Positions 6,959 through 12,135 of a stretch of 12,135 bases of DNA are shown here, one piece after another (within the stretch, counting starts at the first letter, position 1; every line of letters begins with the position of its first letter). A model generated the notes under the pieces. The model saw only the letters and a list, made by a program, of their open reading frames with translations, made no database searches and had not been told where the DNA came from. The position numbers and the translations under genes were made by a program. Source of the stretch: Gemmatimonadota bacterium (GTDB lineage Bacteria; Gemmatimonadota; Gemmatimonadetes; Longimicrobiales; Gaopeijiaceae); assembly GCA_039589315.1 (NCBI GenBank), contig JBDHHQ010000115.1, positions 1-12,135 of the forward strand. Direction: 5' to 3'.

Positions 6959-8785
6959 CTACAACGAATCGTTACGCCGCCCTCGAGGCACCGTATCCGG
7001 CGTGGGCGGGCGTGGGTCGAAGGGCTCGTCCCGCAGCTCCTCGTGGCACGCGAGGCACACGGAGCGGGTCCACCAGGGATCTGCCGCGGGGAAGGTCTTG
7101 TGGCACACCGAGCCCGAGCAGGTGGCGTGGACCAGGTCTTCCTCATGTGCCCAGGACGGCGGTGGGTTGTGACACGCCGCGCACTCGGTTTCGGTCTCGT
7201 GGTGGTCCACGTGACAGCTCACGCAGTCCACCTCGTCGGCGTTCATGGCCCGCTCCACCTCGTGGCACTGGGCACACCCCGCTTCCACGTGCGAGCCGTG
7301 GGGAAACGCCACGCTCCGGACCTCGGGCCCTCCCGGAAGAGCGAAGACCACGAGACGCTCACGCTCCGCCAGGTTCGTGGTGACGTGGCAGGACTCGCAG
7401 CTGTCGGGGGTTCGGCCCGCGTGGTGGCAAGCGTTGCACCATCCGGCGTTCGTCACCGGAGGCGCGCTCCCGGACTCGTGGCACCTCAAGCAGTCCACGC
7501 GCCGATGGGCGTTGTGATTGAACGTGCCGCTGCCGTCCGGCGGGGGAACGTTTGGGTCAACCTCCTGAGCGCCTGCGGACGCTCCGGCAACGGGACGGAC
7601 ACCCGCGGAGGCCTGCAGCGAGGCCATGATGGGCGCGACCAGGGCGACGGGGAAGACGCCTACCGCCCCGGACAGGGCACCCCCTCCGGGTAGCAGCCTG
7701 ACGCTCTGGACCGCCCCGCCGCGCGGCTCGCCGCGTTGTCGAGACGTGAATCCCTCGCTCGACGTCGAGAGACCCACGCGAGGCTCCCTCATGATCTCGC
7801 TGTGGCAGCTCAGGCAGTCGTCTTCTTCCACTCGGAAGTCGTGCTGCGTGTGGCACTGGCTGCAGTCGTCCACGTCGATCCCGGCCCAGACGTGATGCTC
7901 CACGGGCAGCGTATCGACCATGGTGTGACAGCCGATCTCCGAACATGACTGGCCAGCGTCGCGGGAGCGGACCTGGTCGTGGGGGTTGTGGCAGGTGCTG
8001 CACTTCCCCTCGTGCGGCTCGTCCTCGGGGAAGATGCCCACGATCTCACGCATCTCGTGACACGCCAGGCAGGTATCGTGTCCGGGCCGAAGCGTGTTGA
8101 GCGCCAGCGCGGCCGCGCCGTCATGGGCGCCGAAGTCGCCCTCCGGGGGGCTATCCCAGAGCTCGGACTCCTGGTCCGGTAGCTCCGCGTTGAACTGGTG
8201 GCAGGTCACGCAGTGGATGCCCAGGCCCTCCATCCGACTCAGGGCCACGCGGATCTCGTTATGGCATCCGGACCGCCCGCAGGTCCGGTCCGTCGGCGCG
8301 AACTCGTGAATCGAGACGGAATGGCATTCCACGCACTGCAGCCCCCGCAGCGTGCGGTCCTCCGATTCGAGGTGCACCTTGTGCCCTGCGGTGTTGCCGA
8401 CCAGGGCCCACTGCTCCGGGTCGCCGTCCACGTGGCATGCCGCGCACTTCTCGTTTTCGACTTCTGCGTGCGCGCCAATCTCCTCGGGCCCGAACAGGAC
8501 CTGTTCGAGCCCCATCCGGGCGCGCTGGTACGTCGTGGGATGGTGACACGCCTTGCACGAAAGGTCCTTGTGGGCGCTCACCTGGAACAGCTCGAACGGC
8601 TCTGCCATGAGATGGCAGCTCGTGCAGAAGTCGTTGTCGTGCTGGACGTAGTCGTACGTGCCGTAGGCGAGCATCCCGGCCGCGGCCGCGGCCAGGGAGA
8701 GGAGGACCGTCAGCCCGGCAACGGCACCTCTGGGAAGTCTCCGCACCCCTGCGAGGAGTCGGCGTGCCCACTGTGGACGTCTCAT
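6959..8785 (-). CDS. Membrane-anchored NapC/NirT(NrfH/CymA)-like multiheme cytochrome c with 19 heme motifs (putative quinol dehydrogenase plus periplasmic heme chain)
   Basis: Arg-rich N terminus and one TM helix (AVAGLTVLLSLAAAAAGMLAY), then NDFCTSCHLM...SAHKDLSCKACH typical of NapC/NirT N-domains. 16 CxxCH plus 3 CX4CH. ATG 8785 preferred over GTG 8869. Confidence 0.85.
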   Translation of the reverse strand: MRRPQWARRLLAGVRRLPRGAVAGLTVLLSLAAAAAGMLAYGTYDYVQHDNDFCTSCHLMAEPFELFQVSAHKDLSCKACHHPTTYQRARMGLEQVLFGPEEIGAHAEVENEKCAACHVDGDPEQWALVGNTAGHKVHLESEDRTLRGLQCVECHSVSIHEFAPTDRTCGRSGCHNEIRVALSRMEGLGIHCVTCHQFNAELPDQESELWDSPPEGDFGAHDGAAALALNTLRPGHDTCLACHEMREIVGIFPEDEPHEGKCSTCHNPHDQVRSRDAGQSCSEIGCHTMVDTLPVEHHVWAGIDVDDCSQCHTQHDFRVEEDDCLSCHSEIMREPRVGLSTSSEGFTSRQRGEPRGGAVQSVRLLPGGGALSGAVGVFPVALVAPIMASLQASAGVRPVAGASAGAQEVDPNVPPPDGSGTFNHNAHRRVDCLRCHESGSAPPVTNAGWCNACHHAGRTPDSCESCHVTTNLAERERLVVFALPGGPEVRSVAFPHGSHVEAGCAQCHEVERAMNADEVDCVSCHVDHHETETECAACHNPPPSWAHEEDLVHATCSGSVCHKTFPAADPWWTRSVCLACHEELRDEPFDPRPPTPDTVPRGRRNDSL

Positions 8786-8977
8786 GAAGCGATCACGGTC
8801 CCTACGTACAGACACGTTTCTTGCGCCCACCCCACCACACCTCGGCGCCGCCGGGTATGACGCACCCACTCGCAGTATCTGCGGGCGCGAAAGAACGAAG
8901 TATCGGGCGAAGCCTGGGTCGGCCGGTAGGGAATCGTCCCTGCACCGGGTGGGGAATCCCCCTTCGAGCTACCTGGC

Positions 8978-10402
8978 TCAAGTGCTCTCGGGCGTGCGTT
9001 CCGGTTCTGCCTGGGGGTGCGGGTTCTCCTTCACCTCGGCCAGCCATCGGTGAAAGGTCCGGCGGCTCACGCCCGCAGCCTCCGCGGCCTGTGAGACATT
9101 GCCGCCGTGCAGCCTCAGCAGCTCCGTCACGTAGGACTCCTGGAACCTCCGCAGCGCCTCCTCGCGCGCCTCGGCGTATCGGACCGAGGAGATCGGGGCG
9201 GGCAAATCCGGCGCGGGTGGTGCGGAACGTCCGAATCGCATCTCGATCGGCAGATCGGACAACGTGACCCGACCGTCGGAGTCCAGCGCTACCACGCGTT
9301 CGACCAGGTTCTTCAGTTGCCGGACGTTGCCTGGCCACGCATAGCTCTCGAGGGCCTCCCACACCTCGGAGCTCACCGCCGGGGGGGATCGTCCCGCCTT
9401 TCGGGAGAAGCTCTCGATGAAGTGCTCTGCGAGAAGCAGGACGTCGCTGTTCCGCTCCCTCAGGGGAGGAACCGTCAGCTTCACCACGTTCAGCCGGTAG
9501 AAGAGGTCCTCGCGGAACCCTCCATCGGCCACCGCGGCTTCGAGATCTCGATTGGTCGCGGCGATCATCCTGACGTCGATGCCGTGGTATTGCGTCGCAC
9601 CCACGGGGCGAACGCTGCGGTCCTCGAGCACGCGGAGGAGCTTGGCCTGGAGAGGTGGTGTGAGCTCGCCCACCTCGTCCAGGAAGATGGTCCCACGGTC
9701 TCCCTCGGTGAGCAGGCCCTTGGTACGGTTCACTGCCCCGGTGAACGCGCCCTTCTCGTGCCCGAACAGCTCGCTTTCCAGCAGTCCCTCGGGCAACGCG
9801 GCGCAATCGACCGGCACGAACGGTCGGTCCCTCCGGTTGCTCGCGGCGTGGATCGCCCTCGCGATGACCTCCTTTCCGGTGCCGCTCTCGCCGACCACGA
9901 GCACGTTGGCCTCCGTCTTCGCCACGCGCTGGGCCTGGTCGAGCAGGCGCACGAACCGCGGGCTGGATCCGACGATGGTGGCGAGGGAGTCGGGGTCGAG
10001 TTGCCGGCGAAGGGCCTGGTTCTCGAGCATCAGACCCCGGTAGCGAACGGCTCTCTTGACGACGACGGAGAGCTGATCGGCCGTGAAGGGCTTGGCCAGG
10101 TAGTCGAACGCTCCTTCGCCGATGGCCTGGATGGCCGAATCCACGGTCGCGTAGCCCGTGATGAGGATCACGGGCAGGCCGGGGTCTTCGGCCTGCGCCT
10201 GGGCCAGGATCGTCAGGCCGTCAACCTGCGGCATGCGTACGTCGGAGATCACGATGTCGGGGTCGGTTTCCCCCAGAGTCTCGTGGAACAGGGTCGGGTC
10301 CTGCAGCGTGGTACAGCGGTATCCCTCGGCCGACAGCAGCCGGTCGAGGTTCTCGAGCATCTCGGGCTCGTCGTCGACGATGAGCACGCGGGTCTCGCTC
10401 AC
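8978..10402 (-). CDS. NtrC/AtoC-family sigma54-dependent response regulator (REC-AAA+-Fis HTH)
   Basis: REC domain (VLIVDDE, ISDVRMP, ITGY, YLAKPF). Walker A GESGTGKE, ESELFGHEKGAFTGA, Walker B FLDEVGE, FREDLFYRLNV, WPGNVRQL, HTH GGNVSQAAEAAGVSRRTF. GTG 10402 overlaps the kinase stop (GTGA). Confidence 0.95.
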   Translation of the reverse strand: MSETRVLIVDDEPEMLENLDRLLSAEGYRCTTLQDPTLFHETLGETDPDIVISDVRMPQVDGLTILAQAQAEDPGLPVILITGYATVDSAIQAIGEGAFDYLAKPFTADQLSVVVKRAVRYRGLMLENQALRRQLDPDSLATIVGSSPRFVRLLDQAQRVAKTEANVLVVGESGTGKEVIARAIHAASNRRDRPFVPVDCAALPEGLLESELFGHEKGAFTGAVNRTKGLLTEGDRGTIFLDEVGELTPPLQAKLLRVLEDRSVRPVGATQYHGIDVRMIAATNRDLEAAVADGGFREDLFYRLNVVKLTVPPLRERNSDVLLLAEHFIESFSRKAGRSPPAVSSEVWEALESYAWPGNVRQLKNLVERVVALDSDGRVTLSDLPIEMRFGRSAPPAPDLPAPISSVRYAEAREEALRRFQESYVTELLRLHGGNVSQAAEAAGVSRRTFHRWLAEVKENPHPQAEPERTPEST

Positions 10403-12135
10403 GACCCCATCCGCGCCGGTGCTTCGCCCCGAGCCGCACGGACCGGTAGCTCTACCACGAAACAACCGCCGAAGCCCTCTCGCTCGGAGGCTCTGATGGA
10501 GCCCCCGTGGCGTTCGACTACGCTTCGGCAGACCGTGAGCCCCAGACCGGTTCCGCCGTCTGCTGCCCGGGTGGTGAAGAACGGCTCGAAGATCCGTCCG
10601 CGCAGCTCCCGAGCGACACCGGGGCCCGTGTCACGGACCTCCCATCGGACGTACCCCGGTCTGGACGCCTGTCCCACCACCACCTCGACCACACCTCCCT
10701 CCGGCGTCATCGAAGCGGCGTTGAGGAGCAGATTCACGAACACGGTCTCGATGGCCTTCTCGTTCCCACTCATGGGGGGCACACGGGACTCCTCGGTCGT
10801 GACCAACTCGACTCCTTTGCGCTGGAAGTTCCGCCGCAGCAGCCGCGTGACCCGGTCCACGACCTGATGCAGATCCACGGTACCATCGCCTTCGGTGTCC
10901 TCGCGCGCGAACGCGAGGAGATCCGTGGTGAGTCGGCCGATGCGCTCCACGTGGGCCCGCAGAACGTCGAGATCGGCACGCACGCGCTCGGGATCCGGCT
11001 GTGCGGCGAGCTCGCGCTGCATGAGCTCGATCCGGTTTCCGAGGATGGCCAGCGGGTTGTTGATCTCGTGGGCCAGTCCCGCTGCCATGACGCTCACGGC
11101 GGCCAATCGCTCCGATCGGCGCATCTGCTCCTCGAGCAGCTGTTCGGCCCGTGCGTCCCGGATGATCAGGGAATACCCGACGACGGCTCCGTCCTTGTCC
11201 ACGATGTGACTCTGTGTGAGGCTGACCGGGAGCTCCTCGCCGGAGCGCGTCGTGCGCAGGGTCCTGAGCGCCACGACGGCCCTCGACTCCGCCAGCTCTC
11301 GTTGGAGGAACGTCTCCTCGGCGGACCGGTGGGTCGCAGCCGGGCCCACGAGTCGCTGGATCGGCACTCCGCGCGCCTCGACCTCGGTGAAGCCGAAGAG
11401 CCTTTCGGCCGCCGGGTTCCAGAGCGTGACCTTGCCGTCCCGATCCAGAGCGACGACCGCGTCGGCCGCGTGTCCAACCACCTGATCGAGATGAGCACGG
11501 GTGGCCGCGAGGGCACGCGTACGTGCCTCCACCATGGCCTCGAGATTGCGACGGTGATCCTCGAGCGACCGCGCCATCTCCGAAAAATCCCGGGCCAGCT
11601 CCTCCAACTCGTCGTTCGTGTGGATCTGGATCGGTCGCGCAGGCTGGCCAGTGGCCAACAGGCGAGTCGCGGAGCGGAGCTCGTAGATGGGACGGGTGAA
11701 CTGATCCGCCGCGACAGCGGAGACCGACAGCACCGTGACCAGAATGGCGGCACCGAGGATGGCCACGATGCCGGCGAAGTAGGCCAAGGACCCTCGAACG
11801 GCTTCCAGGGGGACAACCCGGTAGAGGGTCAGGGGGACCGAGGTGCCCGTGAGCGGAATGGGCCTGAAGCTCGCGAGGTGCGTGGACGTTCGGGTCCGGC
11901 CTGGCCGGCCACTGAGGACCTCCTCGGCCAACTCGCTCCCCAACTCGGCCAGCGGGTCCGACACGGGATCCACCGGCGCGGTCGCTTCGGGCGGTGGGGA
12001 CCACGTCGTATGAAACAGTAGGCCCCCATCGGGACCCACCAGACCGCTCGAGCCGCGATTCCCGGATCGGTCGAGGGACAGAGGGCCGAAAAGGGAGGCC
12101 AGGGGAACCTCCCCCACCGTCAACCCGACGGTGCG
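10399..12135 (-). CDS. NtrB-like sensor histidine kinase (TM-HAMP-PAS-HisKA-HATPase_c), 5'-truncated
   Basis: TM (LAYFAGIVAILGAAILVTVLSVSAVA), HAMP (TRPI..DELEELARDFSEMA), PAS (WNPAAERLFGFT), H-box AHEINNPL, N-box NLLLNA, G1 DTGPG, F-box IFEPFFTT, G2 GTGLGL. Frame stays open to the window edge. Confidence 0.95.
   Translation of the reverse strand, partial: RTVGLTVGEVPLASLFGPLSLDRSGNRGSSGLVGPDGGLLFHTTWSPPPEATAPVDPVSDPLAELGSELAEEVLSGRPGRTRTSTHLASFRPIPLTGTSVPLTLYRVVPLEAVRGSLAYFAGIVAILGAAILVTVLSVSAVAADQFTRPIYELRSATRLLATGQPARPIQIHTNDELEELARDFSEMARSLEDHRRNLEAMVEARTRALAATRAHLDQVVGHAADAVVALDRDGKVTLWNPAAERLFGFTEVEARGVPIQRLVGPAATHRSAEETFLQRELAESRAVVALRTLRTTRSGEELPVSLTQSHIVDKDGAVVGYSLIIRDARAEQLLEEQMRRSERLAAVSVMAAGLAHEINNPLAILGNRIELMQRELAAQPDPERVRADLDVLRAHVERIGRLTTDLLAFAREDTEGDGTVDLHQVVDRVTRLLRRNFQRKGVELVTTEESRVPPMSGNEKAIETVFVNLLLNAASMTPEGGVVEVVVGQASRPGYVRWEVRDTGPGVARELRGRIFEPFFTTRAADGGTGLGLTVCRSVVERHGGSIRASEREGFGGCFVVELPVRAARGEAPARMGS

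Noticed and set aside
8822..8837. Sigma54 promoter-like GG-N10-GC on the minus strand
   Set aside because: Lacks the conserved CAC and TT flanks; expected by chance in G-rich sequence.
11160..11480. FixL-type heme-binding PAS in the kinase
   Set aside because: A His is present (AATHRS) but the FixL heme-pocket context is not recognisable, so no ligand can be assigned.
9107..12021. Long plus-strand ORFs 9107-10867 (586 aa) and 10507-12021 (504 aa), and minus-strand alternative-frame ORFs 8802-9806 and 10631-12004
   Set aside because: Antisense or frame shadows of the clearly identified regulator and kinase, with no motifs; common in high-GC DNA.
1..12135. CRISPR arrays, tRNA/rRNA, transposases, integrases
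   Set aside because: No spaced repeats, RNA gene signatures or mobile-element motifs seen; the window is almost fully coding.

Overview
High-GC bacterial DNA; the lineage cannot be established from the sequence, and a Gemmatimonadota-like host is only a guess. Most of the window (1273-12135, minus strand) is one co-oriented cluster that looks like a full extracellular electron transfer conduit. In transcription order: a HAMP/PAS sensor histidine kinase (5'-truncated), an NtrC-type sigma54 activator, a membrane-anchored NapC/NirT-like cytochrome with 19 heme motifs (16 CxxCH + 3 CX4CH), a tetraheme cytochrome closely resembling the Geobacter nanowire subunit OmcE, an NHL beta-propeller lipoprotein, a hexaheme (2 x c7) lipoprotein cytochrome, a large outer-membrane beta-barrel, and a heptaheme cytochrome whose N-terminal part is a second OmcE-like core. 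This gives 36 heme-binding motifs across four cytochromes. Structured non-coding elements flank the omcE-like gene. A 5'-truncated M20-family metallohydrolase converges on the cluster from the left. All family calls come from motif recognition by eye; no database search was run.
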